A program made the translations under genes and the position numbers. Below the pieces are notes generated by a model. That model had not been told where the DNA came from. It did not search any database and saw nothing but the letters and a program-made list of their open reading frames with translations. Positions 25,175 through 33,046 of a stretch of 33,188 nucleotides of DNA are shown here, in pieces (position 1 is the first letter of the stretch; every line of letters begins with the position of its first letter). This DNA comes from a virus (taxonomy: Duplodnaviria; Caudoviricetes): the IMG/VR virus record IMGVR_UViG_3300012953_007088, positions 1-33,188 of that record; one strand, written 5' to 3'.

Positions 25175-26260
25175 TTAAGAAGCTAAATTATCTTTGATCA
25201 CATCAATCGTTTTATCTAGAGAAAAATCCTTAGGAATGTTTAACCCTTCTTTGTTTACTCTAGATTCTTCCACTCTTGCGATAGCTGTCTCACATGCGTG
25301 AATAAATTCGTCTTCTTTCCAAGAGAAGATTTGTCCTTGGTTCCAGTCTTGACCTTTGTGAAAGAAGATATTGTCGTATACGTCTTCTTTTCCTGAAGGC
25401 TCAACTAAAACTGAATTCTTGTCATTAGCCCATTCTTTGTAGGAGTGTGCATTAAGTATTACTGCATGTTTGCCTATGCCAAGTGAGTGAAACTCAGGTA
25501 ACCCCCAGCCTTCTCCCCCAGACATGCCTAAAATTATGTCCCCAGAGTTTAGGTAGTCGTTGTAAGTCTTGTTTTGAGGAAGGAAGTTTACAAACTGAAC
25601 ATTCCAAGGAGCTTCGGGTCCTATCGCTTCTCGAAACAGGGCTTTGTTTTGGTCTTCAGACATGAAGCTGTTGTAGAGAGCGCATTGCAGGTTGTACTTT
25701 TTGTCGTTTCCAAATCTTTTTATCCAAGCTTGAATTGTCTTTTTGTGGTGTTTTCTTTTTTCGAACTTTCCACATAGATTAAAAACAATCCTTTCGTCGC
25801 TGTAATATTTTTTATTTAAATTAAAGAAATTAAATTTATCGAAAGCCAAAGGTACTAGAACTGAATCGATTTCGTTAGACTTCAAAACCTCCTTAGAAAA
25901 GTTGGACGTAATAAATATTCTATCCATGCTTCGACATACGTTTTTTTCTACGTTTGTCAGGGAGTCTAGCTCGTGAAACGTGAGTAAGTTAGTGGTTTTA
26001 CTCGGGGAGTCAATAGCACCGTTTAAGTGCCATAACTTTAAACACGCTGTATTCCTGTCGTGAAGGGCTAGGAATTTTTTTACACAATCCTCAAGTGAGG
26101 ATTTGAATTTTTCATCAACTGATTGCGAGGAAAGATCAACCTGTCCTCCTATGGGGTATACAGAGGGGGGTATGTTATTGCGAAAAAAGCCCCTTAATAG
26201 GTGCGTGGCTACTTGGCCAAAGGACACGCTATTAAGAGGTGCGTTAAAGCAGAAGTTCAT
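25175..26260 (-). CDS. GT4 (group 1) glycosyltransferase
   Basis: SVSFGQVA, GKFEKRKHH, SGGEGWGLPEFHSL. Confidence 0.8.
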   Translation of the reverse strand: MNFCFNAPLNSVSFGQVATHLLRGFFRNNIPPSVYPIGGQVDLSSQSVDEKFKSSLEDCVKKFLALHDRNTACLKLWHLNGAIDSPSKTTNLLTFHELDSLTNVEKNVCRSMDRIFITSNFSKEVLKSNEIDSVLVPLAFDKFNFFNLNKKYYSDERIVFNLCGKFEKRKHHKKTIQAWIKRFGNDKKYNLQCALYNSFMSEDQNKALFREAIGPEAPWNVQFVNFLPQNKTYNDYLNSGDIILGMSGGEGWGLPEFHSLGIGKHAVILNAHSYKEWANDKNSVLVEPSGKEDVYDNIFFHKGQDWNQGQIFSWKEDEFIHACETAIARVEESRVNKEGLNIPKDFSLDKTIDVIKDNLAS

Positions 26261-26267
26261 AAATTAT

Positions 26268-26597
26268 TTACAAAACTTCTTCGTTTTCTACGACTTCAAC
26301 TCTCGAGTTGTCGGTAGTTTCTGCGTTGGACTGTGATTCTTCCGCAGGGTCTTTAGATAGGTACATTTTGTAGTCTGGAGCCTTTTCGTTGTACCTTTCC
26401 GAATTTGGGTCTTTGTCCTTGTTTGAGAACATGACTACTTTCTGTCTTTTTTCCATACCGAACTCATCTACAGTTACGATATGTCCAGACAGATATGTCT
26501 GTGAGCCGTCGCGAGATTTACGACGCCAAAAGGCCCCTCTTTCACGTTTGGCCCATTCGCCCTTTTTGGGGCTTTGTTCATTATTATTATCACTCAT
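26268..26597 (-). CDS. DUF736-like protein (possible ssDNA-binding)
   Basis: GAFWRRKSRDGSQTYLSG...FSNKDK...EKAPDYKMY; acidic tail. Confidence 0.55.
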   Translation of the reverse strand: MSDNNNEQSPKKGEWAKRERGAFWRRKSRDGSQTYLSGHIVTVDEFGMEKRQKVVMFSNKDKDPNSERYNEKAPDYKMYLSKDPAEESQSNAETTDNSRVEVVENEEVL

Positions 26598-26638
26598 AGT
26601 TTTACAGTGTTATGCACTCTTACTGAGTACGGTTTTTG

Positions 26639-26667
26639 ATTATCGTTTTTACTTGGAAAAAGGTCAA
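26639..26667 (-). promoter_or_regulatory. Sigma70-like promoter
   Basis: TTGACC-17 nt-GATAAT; shares TCCTTGACCT and CAAGTAAA with the promoter at 28186-28214. Confidence 0.6.
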
Positions 26668-26672
26668 GGATA

Positions 26673-27344
26673 TTATTCCGAGAAGTAGTTTAATTCTGAT
26701 TTAATTTTATTCCTTCTGTTTGCCTCTGCCTTCATGAATATCCAGTCGTGAACTTTTCTGGATATTTTTTTCTTCATAACGCTTTTGGCTACCTCAGTTT
26801 CGCACTGCTCCCACCTTATTTCTAGGTCGCTTTTGTTTTGTAGCCTTGGGTCGTTGATTGCTTCGTCGGAGTTAACAGGGGGGTGGAATGCGGTTCCTCC
26901 GCCTTCGCTCATTTTAAACTTACTTAAATGGATTAGATATCCACCTGTCTCTTCAATTAACCAATTCACCTCGTCTTTGGGGTATTCGTCGTATCTTATA
27001 TCAGTTATGCATATAGTGTTAACTTCTTTATTTGACCTTAAATCTTCTATAATGGGTGATACTTTTTCTATCCAGTATCTGCCGTTAGTTTTCTTACGCA
27101 TTATAGTGCCGTGAGCTACCATCATTGGCCTTACTAAGTTTTTGTCCTTCCTTGAGCATGTAGCTATGTCTATGCCGTAATGCTCTTTTATGGTTGGAGC
27201 GATATTATTTTTTAGTTCTTGAGCTAATGATACTTTCTCAACTCTACCGAAGAGAGGGTTTTCTGATATAGATTCAAACAGTAAGTCTTTACCTGCGCCA
27301 GCTACGCCAGCTATACCTATCACTGTTCCTTGTTTAATTTTCAT
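26673..27344 (-). CDS. Deoxynucleoside monophosphate kinase-like P-loop kinase
   Basis: IGIAGVAGAGKD, SLAQELK, KNLVRPMM, YWIEKV, ITDIRY..EV. Confidence 0.75.
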   Translation of the reverse strand: MKIKQGTVIGIAGVAGAGKDLLFESISENPLFGRVEKVSLAQELKNNIAPTIKEHYGIDIATCSRKDKNLVRPMMVAHGTIMRKKTNGRYWIEKVSPIIEDLRSNKEVNTICITDIRYDEYPKDEVNWLIEETGGYLIHLSKFKMSEGGGTAFHPPVNSDEAINDPRLQNKSDLEIRWEQCETEVAKSVMKKKISRKVHDWIFMKAEANRRNKIKSELNYFSE

Positions 27345-27353
27345 TTTTTTATA

Positions 27354-28178
27354 TCAAGGCGAGGAAAAAGCTTCGCACATTTTTTTAAGTTCAGAAGTGT
27401 CTGGCGGAAATCCAAGTCTTCCGTAGTGGCTTAAACTTATTTCTGGGTCGAGCCATATTTTGCCTCCGATATCAGTCCATCTTTTGCAAAAAGTATAATC
27501 TTCAGAGAGGTAGTGGTTATCTTCTGTATCATCATGGCAGGTATCAAAAAGACTGTAAAGGTTCTCTCTGCATCTTTGTATGCCTTCTGGGGATTCATGC
27601 CCAGTCCTCAGGAGACCCCTATCTATGTCCGTGGTGTAATGTAATTCAGGGTGAGCTTTTTGCAGTTCCCGTATAACTTTCCTGTTTATACACATAAAGC
27701 CAGTGCCGGAATTCTTAACTGGATACACTGTCTGTGACTCAGAGACAACTGAAGGGGTAACACCTTCTAATGCGTTAACAACATAACGCTGTTTATTGCC
27801 ATCAGCCTGTTGAGGGAGCATTTTTAGCGGGTAAGCCCCTACCGATACACCTTTATTACAAGTAATCAATCTAAGTAAATGAGACGGATGCCACTCTATA
27901 TCTCCATCAATAAAAACTAAATGGGTAGCCTCGCTCGCCATAAAGAACGAGCATAAATGATTTCTACCTCTCGTTATAAGGCTTTCTCCTCCTATGAATC
28001 TGACTTCACACTTTATTCCGTTATTATGTAAGAAAAATACGCTTGAAAGGAGAGACATTACATACTCTTGCATCATGTTACCGCCGTAACAGGGCGTAGC
28101 TATATAGAGCCTTACGTCTTTAAGTTCTTCGTTGGATAAAGCAATTGAATTTTGGTCGTTTAAGACATCTAAGTCCAT
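27354..28178 (-). CDS. GT-A fold (GT2-like) phage glycosyltransferase
   Basis: IATPCYGG, ESLITRGRN, LVFIDGDI, GTGFMCI, YLSEDYTFCKRW..IGGKIWLDP..L.H.G; ATG at 28178 preferred because the one at 28187 lies within the -10 box. Confidence 0.8.
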   Translation of the reverse strand: MDLDVLNDQNSIALSNEELKDVRLYIATPCYGGNMMQEYVMSLLSSVFFLHNNGIKCEVRFIGGESLITRGRNHLCSFFMASEATHLVFIDGDIEWHPSHLLRLITCNKGVSVGAYPLKMLPQQADGNKQRYVVNALEGVTPSVVSESQTVYPVKNSGTGFMCINRKVIRELQKAHPELHYTTDIDRGLLRTGHESPEGIQRCRENLYSLFDTCHDDTEDNHYLSEDYTFCKRWTDIGGKIWLDPEISLSHYGRLGFPPDTSELKKMCEAFSSP

Positions 28179-28185
28179 AATCAGC

Positions 28186-28214
28186 ATAATGCACTTTACT
28201 TGTTAGGAGGTCAA
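28186..28214 (-). promoter_or_regulatory. Sigma70-like promoter, probably leaderless
   Basis: TTGACC-17 nt-CATTAT, 7 nt before the ATG at 28178. Confidence 0.55.
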
Positions 28215-28246
28215 GGATGGTGTGTTAATTTTTCTTCTAGAAGTAT

Positions 28247-28277
28247 ACAACACCCCCCAAGAAGGGGGAAGTGTTGT
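28247..28277 (-). terminator. Strong hairpin closing the structured element (terminator-like)
   Basis: ACAACAC-ttCCCC...GGGG-GTGTTGT; only a weak U-tract follows. Confidence 0.45.
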
Positions 28278-28591
28278 TAAGCGTGTGCTGCTTTTTCTCC
28301 TTAGCCCAGTGTTTTTGACATGGATGGGTCATTCCACAACACGCTGCAAATCAGTTTAAAACTGAACCTAACTACCTTTCAGGCGGGAGAGACTGTACCA
28401 CAGAAAACTCCTCTTACATTAGGTCACCTAGCTTTCGCTAACGATGGGGTCACACCTTGGTAATCAACCAAGTGTCTTTTGATTACATGCAGTTTGCAAT
28501 CGGTCATCCCTTGATTCAGAGGTAGACTAGCCTCCACTCCTACTTTACTTCAGATATCTCAGGGAAACTCCACTGATTACTCCCAGCGAGC
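28247..28591 (-). ncRNA. Candidate large structured non-coding RNA, family unknown
   Basis: Only long non-coding gap in the window; at least eight stems including a GAAA tetraloop, a multibranch junction and G-U pairs that favour the minus strand. Confidence 0.6.
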
Positions 28592-29026
28592 TTAACTCAA
28601 AAGTTCGTCAGCATCATCAGTCTTTTCTTTGTCTCCGTCAAGAAGGAATGTAGCCATCAATGCCAATGTCCTTAAATCCTTAACTCTTAAATCTAATGCG
28701 TTTACATCATTATCAAAAGTTTCAGTTTTCGCGCAGAACTGATTAATGCTGCTGGCGATAAGATTTGCGGTTTCCAAGTCTATCTCCATATCTTGAGACA
28801 TTGATTGGAGGGATTTGTTTAAAATGAAGTATTCATTACCAGAAACTTCCTCTCGGCTAATAACCTTATGCTCCTCCATTTGATTTAAAGCAGCCCTTAT
28901 AGCTGCTAATTCAGCATCTTCATCTTCGGAGATCAGAAGAACCTTTGAGACGTCCTTGCTGAGAACGAATACGTCGTTATCTTTATAGTACTTTAAAAGC
29001 TCTTCGGTTGCCTCGCATACGGTCAT
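28592..29026 (-). CDS. Hypothetical acidic protein, possible winged-helix N-terminal half
   Basis: AAIRAALNQMEEHKVISREEVSGNEYFIL helix-wing pattern; AGGAG upstream. Confidence 0.65.
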   Translation of the reverse strand: MTVCEATEELLKYYKDNDVFVLSKDVSKVLLISEDEDAELAAIRAALNQMEEHKVISREEVSGNEYFILNKSLQSMSQDMEIDLETANLIASSINQFCAKTETFDNDVNALDLRVKDLRTLALMATFLLDGDKEKTDDADELLS

Positions 29027-29081
29027 TTAAGAACATTCTCCTAATAGCAGTCGATGTCAAGAATCCAAAGACTTTTATAAA

Positions 29082-29110
29082 TTGACATTGTTCCAAAAAA
29101 TACTTATTCT
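29082..29110 (+). promoter_or_regulatory. Sigma70-like promoter at the strand switch
   Basis: TTGACA-17 nt-TATTCT, 9 nt before the ATG at 29120; a second TTGACA faces the other way at 29055-29060. Confidence 0.6.
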
Positions 29111-29119
29111 AGAAGAATC

Positions 29120-29362
29120 ATGGATACAGAAATCTCAGAAAAATCAAAAAGAGGACGAAAGCCAATTAAGGTTTCATGGCCAGAAGGCGAATTTACCGCC
29201 CAAGACTTCCTAAAGTTAAACGATGGCCGTATGTCTAGGGCCAGTGCTCACAGCAAAATTAACCAAGCGGTAGACTTCGGTAAAGTAAACTTAATCCGCA
29301 AAGAAAACCCCGCTATTGGTAGACCTATAAATATTTACAGAGTTAACACAAAATCCGCTTAG
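29120..29362 (+). CDS. Small basic winged-helix DNA-binding protein
   Basis: KRGRKP, FTAQDF..MSRASAHSKINQAV..GKV...GRPINIY. Confidence 0.6.
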   Translation: MDTEISEKSKRGRKPIKVSWPEGEFTAQDFLKLNDGRMSRASAHSKINQAVDFGKVNLIRKENPAIGRPINIYRVNTKSA

Positions 29363-29364
29363 TA

Positions 29365-30273
29365 ATGCACTATCTTAGCATATGTGCTTGTGTGAACTTT
29401 GATAGGGAATGGGAGCTCCTACAGTGGTATAAATACCACCTAGCTACGGGTGTAGAGCATTTTTACTTAATAGATGATTCTAGCACTGTCGACATAAGAG
29501 CTTACTTCGACCCTAAGCACCTTACGATTGCCCCTAGGGAGCTATTTCCTGACGGCAGAGAAGTCTCTGGTCAAGAAACCGAAGACTGGCAAGATATAAT
29601 GATCAGAGATTATATCCCCCTGATCAGTGGTGAAAATAAATGGATAGCTTACATTGACTCTGATGAGTATCTTTTCACGAAAGAGGAAACTTTCGTAGAT
29701 TATTTGTCGACAATGGAGAGCTACGAAGGGATCGAATTGAAGCATCGCAGATTTCTTTGCAAAGGTCATTTTGGGCCTAAACCAAAACAACACTACCTCG
29801 ATTATTTAAATAAATACCACAAAAGTTACACGACTAAATGCGTAGTGAATCATGAAGTATACAAGGGGACACCATCAAATATAAAAGAAACGCTCCCCTT
29901 CTTCGCTCCATGCATACACAGAATTACCCCCAACTCTGTTAACGCTTCAGGGAATAAACCTTTTCGGCCAATTCATCGTAAATCAGCGCGAAGACTTGGC
30001 GGGCCTGACAACGGTGGTCGCATATATGCTGTTCATGATAAGCCAGAACCAAAAGACCACCCAGCTTGGACCCAGCATTACCCTATTAGAGACAAAAGAC
30101 AAATAATGAAAAAACATTCGCAGTTTAGCAATGCACATGTATGTAGGAGTAGTAAGTACCTACTAACACAAATGTGGAACTGCTTTGCTGACCCTAATAA
30201 TTTTGCTTCGGATTTTGACTTCAAAAAAGAGCACCCCTATGTTTACAAAAAATTCATAGAGCTTTATCATTAA
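29365..30273 (+). CDS. Glycosyltransferase (GT92/GT2-like)
   Basis: LSICAC..ELLQWYKYHLATGVEHFYLIDDSS, WIAYIDSDEYLF, TKCVVN, HY. Confidence 0.75.
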   Translation: MHYLSICACVNFDREWELLQWYKYHLATGVEHFYLIDDSSTVDIRAYFDPKHLTIAPRELFPDGREVSGQETEDWQDIMIRDYIPLISGENKWIAYIDSDEYLFTKEETFVDYLSTMESYEGIELKHRRFLCKGHFGPKPKQHYLDYLNKYHKSYTTKCVVNHEVYKGTPSNIKETLPFFAPCIHRITPNSVNASGNKPFRPIHRKSARRLGGPDNGGRIYAVHDKPEPKDHPAWTQHYPIRDKRQIMKKHSQFSNAHVCRSSKYLLTQMWNCFADPNNFASDFDFKKEHPYVYKKFIELYH

Positions 30274-30278
30274 TTTAA

Positions 30279-30683
30279 ATGAAAATTTCTTGGGAAACTT
30301 ACGCTTTGAATCTGGCGGAGGCAGCTTCGCTTAGAAGCGAGGACCCTTATGTTAAGGTAGGCGCGTGTGCTTTAGATGTCGATAATCGGGTACTAGCGGT
30401 TGGGTATAACGGCCTAGCCTCTGGCAAGGATTGCGATGATGCATTCTGGAAAGACAGAGACCTTCGTCGTAAATTCATGATTCACGCTGAGGCGAACTGC
30501 CTATCTATGTGCGTTAAGGGTGAAGTAAACTTAATCGCAGTAACTCTTCTGCCCTGCTCTTATTGCGCTACAATGATAGCTTCATATGGGGTTAAAAAAG
30601 TTGTCTACAGGGAAGAGTACGAAAGAGACACGAAATCGAAAGAAATTTTCGACTTTTATGGGATTTTATTAGAAAAAAAATGA
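30279..30683 (+). CDS. dCMP deaminase
   Basis: RSEDP..KVGA, GYNG, HAEAN, PCSYC. Confidence 0.93.
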   Translation: MKISWETYALNLAEAASLRSEDPYVKVGACALDVDNRVLAVGYNGLASGKDCDDAFWKDRDLRRKFMIHAEANCLSMCVKGEVNLIAVTLLPCSYCATMIASYGVKKVVYREEYERDTKSKEIFDFYGILLEKK

Positions 30684-31192
30684 AAAATAACGAACAAGAA
30701 CTTATTATACCTATATCAAGTATAAATGAAGAGACGACACTTCCGACGAGAGCGCATAGTTCGGACGCAGGTCATGATCTTTATAGCTTAGAGGAGTGTA
30801 AGCTCAAGCCCTTGGAAAGGAAGCTGATTAAAACTGGGGTAAAAATAGCTATCCCAGAGGGTTTTTATGGTAGAGTTGCGCCAAGGAGTGGACTCGCGCT
30901 AAAGAAGGGTATAGATGTCATGGCTGGCGTTATAGACTCTAGCTACAGAGGAGAAATCGGAGTAATATTAATTAATTTGTCTTCGGACGAGGTTGTTCTA
31001 GAAGCCAAATCAAAGGTTGCCCAGTTAATAATAGAGACCTGCTACGGCGCAGTGTGGCATGTTTGCGACAACTTGGAAGACACCGAGAGAAGTAGTGGTG
31101 GTTTCGGAAGCACGGATAATCAACTACCCCCAGATATATCTACTAAAATTCCAGTTAACCTAGATAATTGCTTAGGAAAAAATGGAAGTTGA
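30680..31192 (+). CDS. dut: Trimeric dUTPase
   Basis: AGHDL, PRSGLA, GVIDSSYRGEI, AQL, RSSGGFGST. Confidence 0.96.
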   Translation: MKNNEQELIIPISSINEETTLPTRAHSSDAGHDLYSLEECKLKPLERKLIKTGVKIAIPEGFYGRVAPRSGLALKKGIDVMAGVIDSSYRGEIGVILINLSSDEVVLEAKSKVAQLIIETCYGAVWHVCDNLEDTERSSGGFGSTDNQLPPDISTKIPVNLDNCLGKNGS

Positions 31193-31535
31193 TATTTTAA
31201 TAAGGCCAATTGGCTTAGCTTTATTGTTGAATGTCTGGTTTAACACCAAGGCTTTCGTAGAGTATTTAGATTATTTTGGTTTATTTATACATTCATTTCT
31301 GATTTACAAATTCAAAAACAAACAAGAAGAAGGTTCGCTACTTAGTTATCCAGCCTTTTTAACTTCAGAGTTTCCAGATTCTTTCTGTTTAAAGATTCTA
31401 GCTTGCCCTATTTGTCTGGCAACTTGGTTGAATATTATAGTTTTTACAATAGACTTAAGCTTCGACAACTTTATAGTATCGTACTACCTAACTTTAGTTT
31501 TTTACTACTTCTTGCGAAAGTTGCAAAATGCATAA
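31182..31535 (+). CDS. Membrane protein with CxxC motif (DUF1360-like)
   Basis: Hydrophobic segments; KILACPICLATW. Confidence 0.6.
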   Translation: MEVDILIRPIGLALLLNVWFNTKAFVEYLDYFGLFIHSFLIYKFKNKQEEGSLLSYPAFLTSEFPDSFCLKILACPICLATWLNIIVFTIDLSFDNFIVSYYLTLVFYYFLRKLQNA

Positions 31536-32391
31536 AAATAATCAAATAGGGATAATTGGAAACGGGTTTGTCGGAAACGCAGTAAGATACGGATTCTCTT
31601 CTAATGTCGGCGTTGACTACAATGTAAGAGTTTTTGACCGTGAACCCTCGAAGAGTACACACTCTTTATCGGACGTAGTTAACAAATCTTCTTTTGTCTT
31701 TGTTTCAGTGCCTACTCCCTCTAGAAGAACTGGGGAGATAGATACATCAATTATAGAGTCATGCTTTGAAGAAATATCAAAGGTTAGCTCAAACGAAAAT
31801 ACAATATTCCTGCTAAGATCAACTGTAACTCCGGGGGTCACTAGAAAAATTTCATCTCAAAACCCCAGCTTGAGGATAGTATTTAATCCAGAGTTCCTTA
31901 CTGAAAGAACTGCTAAATTTGACTTCATAAGCCAAACTAGGTTTGTAGTTGGCGGAGAAGCTTGCAACACGTCGCAAGTAAGTCAACTTTTCAAAGGTCG
32001 CTTTGGCAAAACCATCTCCATTCTTGAAACTGATTTTGAATCAGCAGAAATGGTAAAGTATATGACTAACTCTTTCTTGGCCACCAAAGTATCTTTCATG
32101 AACGAGATGAAAGCTCTATGCGATGCATGTGATGCAAGATGGGAAGATGCTTTAGAGGGATTCCTAAGAGACGGAAGAGTTGGCCACAGCCACACTCAAG
32201 TTCCGGGGCCAGATGGAAAATTTGGATTTGGAGGAAGTTGCTTTCCTAAAGATATTCAAGCTTTAATTAATTTTTCTAAAGACTTGAACATTGATTTAAA
32301 TACAGTTGAAGGTGCTTGGTCAACCAATCTTAAAGTAAGACCGGAGCAAGATTGGCTAGAGCTAAAAGGCAGAGCTATATCGGAGGAATAA
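31528..32391 (+). CDS. ugd: UDP-glucose/GDP-mannose 6-dehydrogenase, short form lacking the C-terminal domain
   Basis: GIIGNGFVG, SVPTP, RSTVTPG, FNPEFL, AEMVKY..NSFLATKVSF.NE, GFGGSCFPKD. Confidence 0.88.
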   Translation: MHKNNQIGIIGNGFVGNAVRYGFSSNVGVDYNVRVFDREPSKSTHSLSDVVNKSSFVFVSVPTPSRRTGEIDTSIIESCFEEISKVSSNENTIFLLRSTVTPGVTRKISSQNPSLRIVFNPEFLTERTAKFDFISQTRFVVGGEACNTSQVSQLFKGRFGKTISILETDFESAEMVKYMTNSFLATKVSFMNEMKALCDACDARWEDALEGFLRDGRVGHSHTQVPGPDGKFGFGGSCFPKDIQALINFSKDLNIDLNTVEGAWSTNLKVRPEQDWLELKGRAISEE

Positions 32392-32393
32392 TA

Positions 32394-32699
32394 ATGATTT
32401 TTAAAATAAAAAACTACCACCACTTTTTAAACTTCCTAAGAGAGCAACAGGTTCACCCAGAACTTAAAGAAGAAGAAATTTTCATTAAACTTGATAAAAC
32501 AAGCAAAGCGATGTCTTCAAGCTGCTGTAATACTGTTAGAATACTCCAAGAAGAGCTAATACAAACTTACAATAATTACGCGGAAAATGTACCTGAACAT
32601 ATAATGAAAAAAATAAAAAAAATTTGTGGCGTAGATAAGATAGTTTTTTGTTGTACTAACTCCAGAAATGAAATAGAAAAGGAGATACCTTATGAATAA
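32394..32699 (+). CDS. Hypothetical protein
   Basis: ATG at 32394 follows GGAGG and the ugd stop; in frame with the supplied 32352 ORF. Confidence 0.6.
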   Translation: MIFKIKNYHHFLNFLREQQVHPELKEEEIFIKLDKTSKAMSSSCCNTVRILQEELIQTYNNYAENVPEHIMKKIKKICGVDKIVFCCTNSRNEIEKEIPYE

Positions 32700-32976
32700 G
32701 CAACAAGAACTAGACGCAATTCAACTCAAATCCACCAAAACAGAAGTCATGGAAGCTAATAAATCCATACTCGGTCAACCTGTCTGGGTGACGCTTCCTG
32801 CTCACATGACTGACTACCTCCCTTGGAGGGGGACCGTCACTAAGGTAGTTGACGAAGAGTATTTCATGGTAAAACCTTTTGGTAAAAACCGAAAAGAGGA
32901 GTCGGTGAGTATGTATAATATTCGGTCTGTCACCAAAAAACCCAAGCAGACCTCTAGTGCCAAGCTGCGAGTATAG
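32692..32976 (+). CDS. Hypothetical protein (small beta-barrel-like)
   Basis: AGGAG Shine-Dalgarno; LGQPVWV..WRGTVTKVVDEEYFMVK; the last 10 nt overlap tRNA-Gly. Confidence 0.6.
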   Translation: MNKQQELDAIQLKSTKTEVMEANKSILGQPVWVTLPAHMTDYLPWRGTVTKVVDEEYFMVKPFGKNRKEESVSMYNIRSVTKKPKQTSSAKLRV

Positions 32977-33042
32977 CTCAATCGGTAGAGCATCTGCTTG
33001 CCATGCAGAAGGTTGTCGGTTCGAAGCCGACTACTCGCTCCA
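32967..33042 (+). tRNA. tRNA-Gly (GCC)
   Basis: Acceptor GCGAGTA/TACTCGC, anticodon arm TCTGC-TTGCCAT-GCAGA, T arm GTCGG-TTCGAAG-CCGAC, discriminator T plus encoded CCA. Confidence 0.95.
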
Positions 33043-33046
33043 ATTT

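Noticed and set aside
28247-28591. Group I intron, RNase P, tmRNA or omega/HEARO RNA
   Set aside because: P-like (AGGGAAACTCC) and R-like (TTCAGAGGTAGACTA) words occur in the wrong order with no interrupted gene; no GAGGAAAGTCC, no tRNA-like ends, no adjacent IscB/TnpB or reverse transcriptase
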